Shown piece after piece: positions 1 through 10,108 of a DNA stretch of 64,000 bases. The position numbers and the translations under genes are program-made. Location of the stretch: positions 62,001 through 126,000 of the IMG/VR virus record IMGVR_UViG_3300029908_000004. One strand, 5' to 3'. Position 1 is the first letter of the stretch; every line of letters begins with the position of its first letter. The notes beneath the pieces were generated by a model. The model worked only from the letters and a program-made list of their open reading frames with translations. It was not told the origin of the DNA and ran no database searches.

Positions 1-338
1 ACCGAAACGGAGTATTTCTACTCTTAGACACGTAGTTAAATGATAAGTTATCGTACCATTCTTTAACTCTTCTTTTGTATTCATTATTTCTTTACCACCA
101 ACACTACACTTAATGCATTACTGGATATACGTCTCCATTTAGCTTTGAGTGGGTCTGATGCCTCTTCCCATATTTCGACAGAGCAAAATCCGTTAAATGC
201 TGCTTCTGCAGCTTTTTCTATCACCGCTAGTAACATTTCTTTTGATACTTCTATCTTCAAAGAGCTTTCTTTTCGATATCTTTGTCACTTGGATAATCAT
301 CTTCTATACTTAGACTGAATTTTTTGTCTACCATAGTG

Positions 339-590
339 TCACTTCTTCTTTTTTATTAGTGGTTCCAAGACAAGTCTGACTATTTTTATCCACAGATCTC
401 TGTTGTATGGTGAACACTCTTGCCAATCGTGTTCAGAAAGACCAGTATGGCCCATATACGCTCTACGAGCAGCTTCTTCTATAAAATCCTCTACATTATC
501 TACTACTAAAGATAATAAATCTTTGGCATTAACTACTTCCTTCTTAATAGGATAGTCTCGTTCTATCTCTAAACTGTTTTTATCTGCCAT
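339..590 (-). CDS. hypothetical phage protein
   Basis: 83-aa ORF in the dominant minus-strand gene run; no recognised motif. Confidence 0.55.
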   Translation of the reverse strand: MADKNSLEIERDYPIKKEVVNAKDLLSLVVDNVEDFIEEAARRAYMGHTGLSEHDWQECSPYNRDLWIKIVRLVLEPLIKKKK

Positions 591-909
591 GGATCATTAC
601 ACCTATTCTTAATCCTAAAGCTGTTACCTGTATTATTAAACAAGCAAAGAAAAGTAAAGCAGACCACCACATATCCCTTTGAATACACTTTCTCATACTT
701 ATTAGGGCAAGGACACTGAATGAACCACACCATACTATCCAAAATATGTTCATATCATTCTTTCCACCACTCAGGTTTAACCTTCGCTAAGATTAGCGCA
801 AGTGTACTTGGATACACAACAGCATGGTCTGATAGGATATCGTGGTTAAAGGTTAAATAAGCTACTTCTTTAAAGAAGATTCTTAATAATCTTAACTCTT
901 CTTCTTCTG

Positions 910-1110
910 TCATAACCCTACCTTATTGTGATATTTATTCTTATGGACATTTTCTTTCTGGTTACCTATATGATAATGCCCACAATCACAACCATAGACC
1001 AAGCACTTACAATCTGGGTCTTTCCTTAGCATCCCTCTCAGATGTGCTTTTGCTTGACCTATGGTATCGTGACAATGCTTGTGTAATTGACAACTACAGG
1101 AGGTATTCAT
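910..1110 (-). CDS. small Cys/His metal-binding phage protein
   Basis: KHCHDTIGQAKAHL...VYGCDCGHYHIG pattern (Y-x-C-x-C-x-x-Y-H) typical of small phage zinc-binding proteins; start placed at MNTSC after GAGGG. Confidence 0.55.
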   Translation of the reverse strand: MNTSCSCQLHKHCHDTIGQAKAHLRGMLRKDPDCKCLVYGCDCGHYHIGNQKENVHKNKYHNKVGL

Positions 1111-1334
1111 AAACCCTCTTGATATGATTATTTCAAAGAACTTTGTGAGGCAGGGAATTTCCAACCATGCCCACACTCAACCCACCAAGCTGGTGAAGTA
1201 AGGTATTTGTCTCCATCTTTTGATACTGAATATTTGGAGAGAATGGTTACTTCTTCTCCTATAGATGGATACTTTACCTTATCGCCCACTTTCATTGTGC
1301 GAGTATTTACTTTGTTTTTCATTGAATCTCCAAT

Positions 1335-1590
1335 CGGTAGAGCTTCCCGATTCTCCAACTCTACATGGTTTTCTGTCCTTTCGGACTGGGCCGTAACCCT
1401 CGAAGCTGAAAAACCTCGTGTTCAGGATGGAGTATCATCCTACGATTAGATTAGTGAGGTCGCATCAGAGCCCTAATCTAATCTTCACTTAGCGTCTAAT
1501 TTATTGATCGTATCTTTTCCGCCACGATTGGAGCATCTAAGGTGGAAATGTGAAAGCACATTTTATGGTTGATGAGACCAACCACCTAAG
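1335..1590 (-). ncRNA. putative structured ncRNA (hairpin cluster)
   Basis: Intergenic stretch with several stems: 1444-1454/1473-1483, GTCC-GAAA-GGAC on minus (1375-1386), 1546-1552/1557-1563, 1566-1571/1579-1584. Confidence 0.4.
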
Positions 1591-1595
1591 ACATT

Positions 1596-1826
1596 TTACT
1601 TCTTCTTCTTCTTTTCTTCCAATGCAACTTCCCTGATACGCAACTCATTGGGTTTGGTCCCAACATCAGTGATGTGGTCGCCAAGGTGCTTACGCAAGCC
1701 ACTTCCCCTGCGCTTGGAATGAACCTGACCAGACGGATCAATCTTGCCACGATATTTCTTGTGGATCCCGTCAACTTTTGCTTCGTTTCTTTCCTGCTTC
1801 GGGTTGAACAACGTCAAGTCGGACAT
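1596..1826 (-). CDS. small basic hypothetical protein
   Basis: 76-aa Lys/Arg-rich ORF with purine-rich RBS (AAGGGA). Confidence 0.55.
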   Translation of the reverse strand: MSDLTLFNPKQERNEAKVDGIHKKYRGKIDPSGQVHSKRRGSGLRKHLGDHITDVGTKPNELRIREVALEEKKKKK

Positions 1827-2031
1827 AATTTCCCTTCTGTTGTTTAAAGTTTGTTGTAAAGGTTGTTTAAGGTTGTTATTTCTTCTTGAGCTGTGTGAGG
1901 CATCCCAATAAGATCTCTTAGTTCTCTTTCTTGTTTACATATTGGACAAGGTTGCCCCATAACGTAGCCATTTATACATAGGCTACAATTGTGGTAGGAT
2001 TCGAACTCAGAGCCCATAGACACCTCGTATT

Positions 2032-2108
2032 TGGTAGCTCCTCCTAGGGTCGAACTAGGCTATGCGGCTTATGAGACCGCCACTTTACCTACCATAAGTT
2101 AAAGAGCC
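2032..2108 (-). tRNA. tRNA with CAU anticodon (Met or Ile2)
   Basis: Minus strand GGCTCTT...AGGAGCT-A-CCA acceptor, anticodon arm GCGGT-CTCATAA-GCCGC, T-arm CTAG-TTCGACC-CTAG; encoded CCA. Confidence 0.9.
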
Positions 2109-2344
2109 ACGCTTTCACTTATTTCTGCTACTGGGGTAGTCGTAATAAGTCTAATATCAGTTCCTTCTGTAAGAGGAGGCCCCAAGATTTCTACTGGTTC
2201 GCCTATCTTAACATTCGAATGTGAGGTCATAACCCCGTCAGTAGTTCGTATGTTATATTTAGTATCGCCACCTCTTATCCAAGTTCCGACCTCTTCATTT
2301 AATGTGTATTCCGCTCCAGATTCAGTCTTGAATTTGATAATCAT
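2099..2344 (-). CDS. hypothetical phage protein
   Basis: 81-aa ORF (FKTESGAEY...ITTTPV), a common small phage beta-protein pattern; AAGGA RBS. Confidence 0.6.
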   Translation of the reverse strand: MIIKFKTESGAEYTLNEEVGTWIRGGDTKYNIRTTDGVMTSHSNVKIGEPVEILGPPLTEGTDIRLITTTPVAEISESVAL

Positions 2345-2352
2345 AGTTTCCT

Positions 2353-2841
2353 TTAAGCGCGTAAACTTGCTTCCAAGAAATAGAGGAACTTTTCTAATCC
2401 TCTTACTAACCCAATATATACGTCTTGGGTTATTAGATCCCCATTCTCACTGGAGACTTTCATACCTTTCCTCATTGCATTGGAAATGTCACTGATATAA
2501 TCTGACATCTTTTCTATGTGGGTTCTACAATTGTCATCATAGATACCAGCGTAAGTAAAACCTTGACTATTGTTTGTAACCATCCAAGGTTTACCTTCTG
2601 GTACACCACCTAGAGCTGTTATTCGCTCGGCGATAGTATCGCTAGCATCTGCCATATAATCATAGATTTGATCAAATAGTAGATGTGTAGGATGAAATCC
2701 ATCCCCTTTCACATTCCAGTGTGCAAATTTTATATCCATTTGTGCCAGCATGGTATTAGCAAGATTCACGTTTAGATTGTCGACGATTACCTTGATCTTA
2801 TCTTCTGGCACGTCAATGCGCGTCGTATACAATTCACTCAT
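2353..2841 (-). CDS. dps: Dps family ferritin-like DNA protection protein
   Basis: KFAHWNVKG, HLLFD and DTIAERITALGGVP ferroxidase signature motifs; 162 aa. Confidence 0.93.
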   Translation of the reverse strand: MSELYTTRIDVPEDKIKVIVDNLNVNLANTMLAQMDIKFAHWNVKGDGFHPTHLLFDQIYDYMADASDTIAERITALGGVPEGKPWMVTNNSQGFTYAGIYDDNCRTHIEKMSDYISDISNAMRKGMKVSSENGDLITQDVYIGLVRGLEKFLYFLEASLRA

Positions 2842-2853
2842 CTTACTTTACCT

Positions 2854-3255
2854 TTATTCCTTAAGTGGATATATTTGATGTGCTTCTGTAGTTCCTTTTA
2901 TCAACATTCTTCCTAGATGCTCAGAACAACTCTCTGTAATCTTACGCCCCGTTGAATCAAGAACTTCGTATTCAGCTAACTGGTTACAAGGCAGTTGATC
3001 TGAATCAGTCCAGCGGCATAAGACCTGAGAGGAATTAGGGTAGCATCCACTTCCGTCATTCTGTTTACAGAGTAGTTCGTATAACCCTCTACAATTACGT
3101 AGTATCCCTGTATGAAAGTCTTCTCTTCCACAAGAGCTACATACTAGCTTTGTACGATAAGACGGGACAATAACCTGCTCGATTACCTGTCCTTCTGGCT
3201 CTGTTTCTTTTATCTTCTGTTCTACTTCCTGAGGAAGTACTTCTTCGTTCTCCAT
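2854..3255 (-). CDS. zinc-finger-like hypothetical protein
   Basis: CSSC, additional Cys residues and CSEH motif. Confidence 0.55.
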   Translation of the reverse strand: MENEEVLPQEVEQKIKETEPEGQVIEQVIVPSYRTKLVCSSCGREDFHTGILRNCRGLYELLCKQNDGSGCYPNSSQVLCRWTDSDQLPCNQLAEYEVLDSTGRKITESCSEHLGRMLIKGTTEAHQIYPLKE

Positions 3256-3292
3256 CTTTCTCCACATCTATTGATATTGTTGGAATGTAAAT

Positions 3293-3367
3293 TGGTCGGC
3301 TCGGCTGGTGTCGAACCAGCGACCTAACCATTATGAGCGGTTGGCTCTACCGTTGAGCTACGAGCCG
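3293..3367 (-). tRNA. tRNA with CAU anticodon (Ile2 or Met)
   Basis: Minus strand CGGCTCG-TAGCTCAACGGTAGAGC-C-AACCG-CTCATAA-TGGTT-AGGTC-GCTGG-TTCGACA-CCAGC-CGAGCCG-A-CCA; canonical cloverleaf. Confidence 0.95.
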
Positions 3368-3418
3368 TTTCCTATTTACATTATCACTTTAAATCACTAA
3401 GCTTCACGAGATCAGTAT

Positions 3419-3679
3419 TTACTTGAAATAAATAGCTCTATTTTCAGGTTGAATTTCTTCTTCTGGAATATCTAAACAATATCCTAATTCTTCTAGAGAA
3501 TTACTTATGTCCAGCAGACGCTTTTTGTTATTTCCTACTCTTCCTCCTCCTCCAATTCTTCGGAGAATACCAGCTAAAACTTCAGCTTCTGCTGATGTTA
3601 AAAAAAGAGTAACACCTACTACTCTTTTTTCATATGTAGTTACTGGAACTTGTTCAATCATTCTTTCTGCTTTTGCCAC
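3419..3679 (-). CDS. hypothetical phage protein
   Basis: 86-aa ORF with GAGGAG RBS. Confidence 0.6.
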   Translation of the reverse strand: MAKAERMIEQVPVTTYEKRVVGVTLFLTSAEAEVLAGILRRIGGGGRVGNNKKRLLDISNSLEELGYCLDIPEEEIQPENRAIYFK

Positions 3680-3691
3680 TTCTTATCTCCT

Positions 3692-4360
3692 CTAAATACC
3701 AACCATTTTCTGGACTTCTTCAGGAAGCATAGCAAGCCGCTCCTTGTTGATGGCTTCGTAGTCATACCCATCTTTGGTATCTGCCCAATGCAGAAGCCAG
3801 ATAAAAGGCTGTTCCAACCAAGGATTGAGCAAAGTTCCGTGATTCCGTAGCTCTCGGATGTGGAATCGTAATGCTTCTCGCCCATCGAAATCACCCGAGA
3901 AATTGAGCTTATCAATTGGGTAACTTGAGCACTTAAGATCACATCGAGCTTTGCTCATAGCATCCACATCTTCACAGTACAGATTGAACAACAATGTTGA
4001 GCTATTGATGCCCACGCCATAAGTGTCAAACCGAAGGAGCATGCCATCTGGGTGGTAGTACACAAAAAACTTATCACCATCGTGAATAGAGCCACACTGT
4101 TCTGTTGATGGGATAGCTAGTTCCATCACCTTCTTGAACCCCTCCTCTTCAACAATCCGCTGGTAACGGTCCAGCTTATTGGAGAAAGTAGTATCATCAA
4201 GAGCTGTGAGCTCTTTTTCTAGCAAAGTGCTCTTTTTGCAGTACAAGAGGGAACCTATTGCTCTAGCCTTCCCATCTGTCTTGTAGTCACCGCCGGTAAT
4301 CTTCTCAGCAGCGCCAAGGGCATCGAATTCAAGTAATGCCTTCAAATCTTTGTCTTCCAT
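3692..4360 (-). CDS. conserved hypothetical phage protein
   Basis: 222-aa ORF with good RBS (GAGG) and globular composition. Confidence 0.75.
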   Translation of the reverse strand: MEDKDLKALLEFDALGAAEKITGGDYKTDGKARAIGSLLYCKKSTLLEKELTALDDTTFSNKLDRYQRIVEEEGFKKVMELAIPSTEQCGSIHDGDKFFVYYHPDGMLLRFDTYGVGINSSTLLFNLYCEDVDAMSKARCDLKCSSYPIDKLNFSGDFDGREALRFHIRELRNHGTLLNPWLEQPFIWLLHWADTKDGYDYEAINKERLAMLPEEVQKMVGI

Positions 4361-5036
4361 GATAAGCCTCTTCCTCTAGCGCATAATCAGAATGATTATG
4401 ATCCAAAACATCAGAGAAATTCCTGATGCTATGATTAAACCAGCAATTGAATTGCTAATCCTTGGATAACTCATTTCAGTTTATTCCTAAACTCTTTTTC
4501 AAGCTCCAGAAGGTACGAAGCAGCATGTTCTCCAGTAAAGCCTTGATCCAGTAAGAAGTCCATAGCTGCAAGATAGCTCAACCATTCAACTCCAAACCAG
4601 TATTGAAACCCTGTAGGAGTAGACATTGCTTTGTCCATAAACAAGACCTCCTAGTACCTGATTTTGATTGTGATCACTTCCCCGGGAAGGAGCAAGCGAG
4701 CTCTGAGAGGGCAACTTCCTTCCCACACCTCAGATGGATCTGTAATAGACACTATGTCTCCACCATAGACTTTGGTGACAATATGCTTTCCACCACGGTA
4801 ATTTTCAAGTAGGATCGCATACTGCCCTACTAGGAGAGAAGATGCATAAAAGTCTTCCTTCTTTGGTGCAGGCGTGAGTGTGATTTCATGATACATGATA
4901 TCTCTCCTATGATAAGGATACTTTCTTTTCGAATGTTTGACGTATTTTCAACCGATCTTCTTCTTTCTAGTATAGTTATCCTATACTAAATAGTGATAGG
5001 AAGTAAGAAATAACTTCCCCTAGGAGAATTCAAACT

Positions 5037-5768
5037 ATGGCTATTGCCGCAAAAACTTTCGCTGGTAAGGTGAATCTGGACAGTACTGCAAGTACGCTGA
5101 ACGTCCCGTTCGTTACTGCCTCTGGTGACGCCGTTGTAGTTTACGTCGCCGTTAAATCGGCGAATGTCACAGTTCTAAGTGTTACAGATACCGCTGGAAA
5201 CGTTTACGTTAAGAAAACATCAGGAACCTCTAAAAACGCTGTTCATGATTATAATAGCAATATAGCTGGTGACACCGTTGATGACTTAGTATCTTATGAT
5301 GATGCTATAGACGCAGAAGCATGGGTAACAGTCGCTAGTGCTACAGCAGCTTCCTCGCTAACTGTAACCCTAGTAAGTGGTTCTACATGTGCTGTAGCAG
5401 TTCAGTCGTACACTGGCGCTAATGTCGCTGTCGCTACTGCTTTCCCACAAGCCGCTTTCGTTTCCTTAACAAAGGGGTCTACCCCTACAAATACTCTAAC
5501 TGGAATGACTAGTACCAGTTACCTATCTGCTTGCTACGCATCTTGTGTTGGCTTGAACCAACTAACCCCCAGAGCAGGAACACTACGTCAAGAAGTAACT
5601 GCTTCTAGTGCAGACAAGTCTATCACACTTGTTGTGGTTGATAATATAGTTACTGGTACTTCTAGTACTGTTACACTAGCTCCAGCTTCGGAAATAGATT
5701 CACCTGATGGAATTTCAGAACCAGTTCCAGAGGGAGTTGCTGTTTGCTGTGTTGAAGTTCACGTCTAA
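5037..5768 (+). CDS. beta-rich Thr/Ser/Ala/Val protein, probable virion accessory/decoration protein
   Basis: Only clear plus-strand gene in the first 49 kb; AGGAG RBS; composition typical of Ig-like or virion beta proteins; followed by terminator. Confidence 0.65.
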   Translation: MAIAAKTFAGKVNLDSTASTLNVPFVTASGDAVVVYVAVKSANVTVLSVTDTAGNVYVKKTSGTSKNAVHDYNSNIAGDTVDDLVSYDDAIDAEAWVTVASATAASSLTVTLVSGSTCAVAVQSYTGANVAVATAFPQAAFVSLTKGSTPTNTLTGMTSTSYLSACYASCVGLNQLTPRAGTLRQEVTASSADKSITLVVVDNIVTGTSSTVTLAPASEIDSPDGISEPVPEGVAVCCVEVHV

Positions 5769-5787
5769 TTTTCTTCGTAATTAAGAC

Positions 5788-5822
5788 AAAACATCCTCAG
5801 ACTTAATCTGAGGATGTTTTTT
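5788..5822. terminator. bidirectional rho-independent terminator
   Basis: AAAACATCCTCAGA-CTTAA-TCTGAGGATGTTTT perfect stem with T tracts both ways, between convergent genes. Confidence 0.88.
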
Positions 5823-6094
5823 GTGATAAAGATTATTAGAATCGTGTTGGTATACCGTTTTGTACAGTTGTACTCTCTTCATCTTCTAGCTCAATCCTTT
5901 GACCAGAGTCTAGGTTGATAATAGCTACTAGAATATTAATTTCACGATCGTCTTTACTAACTTCTCTCTCTAGGATAACTTGGACGGTATACCCCTGAGT
6001 AGTCCTATCTCTTATGGAAGTAATGTTAGTCCATCTACCGAGTACTGTATTTCCTAGACTGGTGTCTTTTAAAACAAAAGTGTTATTCATCTAT

Positions 6095-6622
6095 TTACTC
6101 TTCTCTTGGAAGTGGAGAGTAAGCAAGTTCTTGCAACTCGTTCATATCTACCGCTTCGTTCTGTTCGGCGAAGTTTCCTTCGTCTATGATTTCAATATCC
6201 CCTTGTTTATCTTTCAATGTTTTACGCATTGAAGAACTTACATCTAACCACATCTTAACATATGTTTCTTCTCTAGATATCGCTGGTGGGTTCTCTCCAG
6301 CACACCAACGAGAACAAGCTTCCATAGCTACATTACGTTGTATAGAGATGTCTAGTTCTAATCCTCTTAGTTGTTTGAATGTCTCAAAAGAAACCGTTTC
6401 TAGACCCTCTGGAATAATTTTGATGGTCCACTCTTTGGCACGTTCATCTTCTATATACTCTTTACATATATCTTCTGCTGCTTCTTGAGCGTCTTTGCTA
6501 GTGCCGAATGTTAACCTAGAATCTAAATTCTGAGTTCTACGACCATCTGGATGTGAAGCGTCTACTATGAATCTCCAACGCCTCATCTTCCTTTTTGAGG
6601 CTTTACTCTTTGGTGTTGGCAT
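6095..6622 (-). CDS. hypothetical protein
   Basis: 175-aa ORF with AGGAG RBS. Confidence 0.7.
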   Translation of the reverse strand: MPTPKSKASKRKMRRWRFIVDASHPDGRRTQNLDSRLTFGTSKDAQEAAEDICKEYIEDERAKEWTIKIIPEGLETVSFETFKQLRGLELDISIQRNVAMEACSRWCAGENPPAISREETYVKMWLDVSSSMRKTLKDKQGDIEIIDEGNFAEQNEAVDMNELQELAYSPLPREE

Positions 6623-7131
6623 ATACTCCTAAATTTGGCTGGGATTGAAGGCTCCCAGCAAGCCCTTACTATTAGAATTAACTAGGATCAAATAGGTAAT
6701 TGGCCTAATAGTAATAACTACACACATATTCCACGCTCTTGTTGGCGGCCCCGGAAATCTGGACGATGTTCCCTACAGCGTTGCGGTCCCCAAACCGCTG
6801 CCAAATCCCGGTGAAACCAGTGTGTAGCAAAAGGTTAATTAACATCTACCGCTGTTTCTCCTCTCCCTCGATTAGCGGTGTCATCGAGGGGCAGGTTAAT
6901 CTGAACCTTTACACGTTGGCTTACTATCAATGATAACGAGATTGGTCCCTGCAGGGTGTTCGTGCTTTTCGAGTACGTACCCTGTAGGACATTGCCACGT
7001 CCCCCAGCCATAATTGGTGTTGGGAAGAATAGCAGGCATATCATCATGATAGTTAATCCATGTAGGTTCAACTGTTTGCTTGTCAATAATTTCACCATCT
7101 TCCATGCGGCGATTCCGCATACTGAAGACTA

Positions 7132-7788
7132 TTACATATTCTTCAGCAAATCTTCTGCGGCTGCCGTTGTCTCAGGATCTTCAGATGTAGTGACAGCTCC
7201 CATGGCACGGTTCAACTTCTCTGTGGCTATATCATTCTGTGCTCGCATGCGCCCTTCAACATCATCGACAGAGATATCTGCCCCACTGCCTACTAATCTA
7301 CCCGCGTGCTCAAGAGCAGTTGCTGCATGAGTTTGAGCCTTCGAGGACTGATTTAGTGCCTCAAGTTCACGAACTTTGCTCAACATCTCTGCATGCTTAC
7401 TGGTAATATTGGCGACTGAAATGTCCATCTTGTTCGATGTTTCCGTCTCTGAAATCAACAAAGCCTGCTTGTTGGTTACTTCATTCTGTAACCGAACAAT
7501 TTCCTTTGCTTTTTCCAAAGCCTGATCAGGATGCCCGTTGTTTTTCAGCTTCGTTGCTGTAATTCTGGAGGTCTCGATTTTTGCATTGAGATCGTCGATC
7601 TCACGCTTTGTCGTGTGAACTGTAGCTGCTGCTACCGCTGCTTCTCCACGTAGCTGGTCAAGAGCCTCTTCCAGATCCCTTACATACTGCCGAAGAGCAG
7701 ATGGACTGTTAAGATCGATCACTTTGTCAAGTAGATCATGGGTCTCACCAAGTCCAATCGTTCTGAGCTTGCTAAAAATTCCTGTCAT
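7132..7788 (-). CDS. PspA/IM30 family protein
   Basis: MTGIFSKL amphipathic N-terminus, LLDKVID..P..LRQYVRDLEE motif, long coiled coil; about 218 aa from the ATG at 7788. Confidence 0.82.
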   Translation of the reverse strand: MTGIFSKLRTIGLGETHDLLDKVIDLNSPSALRQYVRDLEEALDQLRGEAAVAAATVHTTKREIDDLNAKIETSRITATKLKNNGHPDQALEKAKEIVRLQNEVTNKQALLISETETSNKMDISVANITSKHAEMLSKVRELEALNQSSKAQTHAATALEHAGRLVGSGADISVDDVEGRMRAQNDIATEKLNRAMGAVTTSEDPETTAAAEDLLKNM

Positions 7789-7804
7789 TGCCTTTCCCTT
7801 CTTC

Positions 7805-9145
7805 TTAGAAATCGCTACTACCACCGCCGCCGCTGTCGGAACTGCTGCTACTGTCAAAGCTGCTACTCCCGCCGCTGTCAAAGCTAGAACTGGAATCAGA
7901 ACTACCCCAACTGGATGAGCCACCAGACTCGCTTTCACGATCTGGTTCTGGATCTGGAGCTCTGTACGTTGATTCTTCTCGTCTTGGTTCTTCGCGACGA
8001 ATCTCTTCCACACGTGGTCGATTGTTTATAGATTCGCCGATGAGAACACCAGTCAATAAATCATTGTTGGGAGTTGATGTCGGTGTTGGTTCATAAGTCG
8101 GTCTTTGTTCTATGTTATGGTGCTGGTGATGATGCCTAACTTGGTTGTATCCAGTGGTATCATTTACATCGGCAGTGTCAATGGGGGGTCCTTGTTCAGC
8201 CGGCTGTTCCGTTGCCATTGGGCTCTGTACATATTTGTGTGCTGAACGTAGAGACTCGAACTTATCGATGAGGATTCGATATTCTTTGGTAATGGCTTGA
8301 TAACCATCTTCTGTCATACTTTGTTTGGGGTCCATCGAGTCTGAGTTCTCCATATTGGAAAACTCTTCCATATACGTATCAAACATATCTTGAATGGATT
8401 TCTCTGGTGGATCACTCTGGAACGCTGATTTGAGGGTAAGAACTAGCGCAATACATTGATTCTTTGTAACTTGAGCTAACCTCTTCGCTTTTGCTTTGGC
8501 ATCTCTTATTTCTGCCCAACGGGTGCAAGCGATATACCCTGCGGCAATAATGAAGATTAAGAACCCCAATCCAAGACACCATAGTAGTACAGTCCATAAA
8601 CCTTTATAGTCCGTTGCTTGGACATTGGTTGTGTTCTGGACTGGGTGTAGAGCTTCATCTTTGGAAGCCGCTAATCGAAGTGAGAATTGTTCGATACCAG
8701 TAGACATGCCAAGTGCATAGTTACCGTCTTTGAATCTTGGGATCATATAGGACGTCATGATCCGGTTCCAATTTCCGTCTAGTGCGGAATGCCAAGCGGA
8801 ACCATACATTATTCCTACTTTATGATTCCCGGCTAACATAAAAACAATGAGTGTACTTTTACGTCCACCGCTGCCACTTTCCCAAGAGGCACATTGGTTC
8901 TCCATCTGTTTTTCTGTGATATCGAGGTTGGTGCTATACCCGACTGTCCTTATTCGGACATCAGCGCCTTGTTGAACCAACCTGTTCGCAGCGGTTTCTA
9001 CTGTTGTAATACCTTTTCCAAACAGATTTGCTTGGTCAATGACAATGTTGTCACACAATAGAGATTGAGCCATGACCCAACCTGACGTTGAAAACACCAT
9101 CATCATAACCAACAACGTATACATTGTCAGCTTTGAACTTTTCAT
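7805..9145 (-). CDS. TPM-domain (DUF477-like) membrane protein with Gly/Ser-rich tail
   Basis: Signal peptide, IDQANLF and MIPRFKDGNYALGM TPM motifs, one TM helix, C-terminal SGGGGSSDF. Confidence 0.82.
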   Translation of the reverse strand: MKSSKLTMYTLLVMMMVFSTSGWVMAQSLLCDNIVIDQANLFGKGITTVETAANRLVQQGADVRIRTVGYSTNLDITEKQMENQCASWESGSGGRKSTLIVFMLAGNHKVGIMYGSAWHSALDGNWNRIMTSYMIPRFKDGNYALGMSTGIEQFSLRLAASKDEALHPVQNTTNVQATDYKGLWTVLLWCLGLGFLIFIIAAGYIACTRWAEIRDAKAKAKRLAQVTKNQCIALVLTLKSAFQSDPPEKSIQDMFDTYMEEFSNMENSDSMDPKQSMTEDGYQAITKEYRILIDKFESLRSAHKYVQSPMATEQPAEQGPPIDTADVNDTTGYNQVRHHHQHHNIEQRPTYEPTPTSTPNNDLLTGVLIGESINNRPRVEEIRREEPRREESTYRAPDPEPDRESESGGSSSWGSSDSSSSFDSGGSSSFDSSSSSDSGGGGSSDF

Positions 9146-9197
9146 ACACTCCACCTCCAAGTGGATCGGGAGGGTTGTTACACCCTCCCTTTACTAG

Positions 9198-9497
9198 TTA
9201 GTAGTCGTTGATTACGTCGTCGCCATCAAAGTTACCGATATCGGTGTCGTCGGGTTCGTTGACAGGGGTCTTCTCAGGGATCCCAACTGGTTCCGATGGA
9301 GGAGTAGCAATTGGAGGCTTAACCTCTGGGGCTACTGGCGCTCCTTTCACTTTCTTCTTCTCTAGCTTCTTGACGCTCGGTTCTTTCACATCCGGTTTAA
9401 CGGTCTCGACAACTTTCTTCGTTGTCTTCGGGACATCCTTCTTTACGACTTTCTTGGATGCCTTCTTCTTGGTGACTACTGCTTTCTTTTTGGGCAT
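9198..9497 (-). CDS. Lys-rich histone-H1-like small protein
   Basis: MPKKKAVVTKKKASKK N-terminus, Pro-rich middle, acidic tail. Confidence 0.55.
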   Translation of the reverse strand: MPKKKAVVTKKKASKKVVKKDVPKTTKKVVETVKPDVKEPSVKKLEKKKVKGAPVAPEVKPPIATPPSEPVGIPEKTPVNEPDDTDIGNFDGDDVINDY

Positions 9498-9563
9498 TGC
9501 TTTCTCCGAAAGGACAAGATAAATTCCCTGTCTCTTTTTCAGCGCTTACAACTGAACTTAATA

Positions 9564-9824
9564 TTAGTTTTTTCTTTTATCTTTTGTTAATCTTCTAAAG
9601 TGTTGTGAAATAGTGGTTACAACTTCATCGATCACCACTATAACTAACACGATTAAGGCGAAGGGTATCGTTATAACCCAACTTATATAGAAAGGGAGGA
9701 GTACTAACCACCAAGACCATGTAATTATATGACATAGTTTGAGTACAACAAAAACTATGCCTAATACCCCAAATATTGGGTTTAGATTTACATGAACGGT
9801 TGAAACTCTCGATGCGTTAGGCAT
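9564..9824 (-). CDS. small membrane protein
   Basis: LGIVFVVLKLCHIITWSWWLVLLP, a common phage TM motif. Confidence 0.7.
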   Translation of the reverse strand: MPNASRVSTVHVNLNPIFGVLGIVFVVLKLCHIITWSWWLVLLPFYISWVITIPFALIVLVIVVIDEVVTTISQHFRRLTKDKRKN

Positions 9825-10108
9825 TTCCTCCCCTTATACTACTTAGCTTTAGCAGGGTTCTGTTTAGTAGCGCACCTATTGCTAAGTCCAAGTATTGGAA
9901 CATAGTTAACGACTTGCTAAAGACTGTTCTCGTCTAATTTTCGCCCAAGCAACATATGCCGCCACGGCTTGTGTAGAAATACTAAATGCCTTACCAATAT
10001 TTGTACAAGTATACCCCTTCTTGTGCAAATCTACCATCGTCTTCTTGTCTGTATTACTGATGGTCACTTTCTTGGTAGGCTTTTTGTTACCTAACTTCTT
10101 TGTGCTCA

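Noticed and set aside
1990-2012. GAGTTCGAATCCTACCA on minus, resembling a tRNA 3' end
   Set aside because: No matching acceptor, D or anticodon arms; at most a remnant
7789-8013. N-terminal extension of the PspA ORF from the ORF track
   Set aside because: It is an alternative frame of the TPM gene's Gly/Ser tail; the real start is the ATG at 7788 with an RBS
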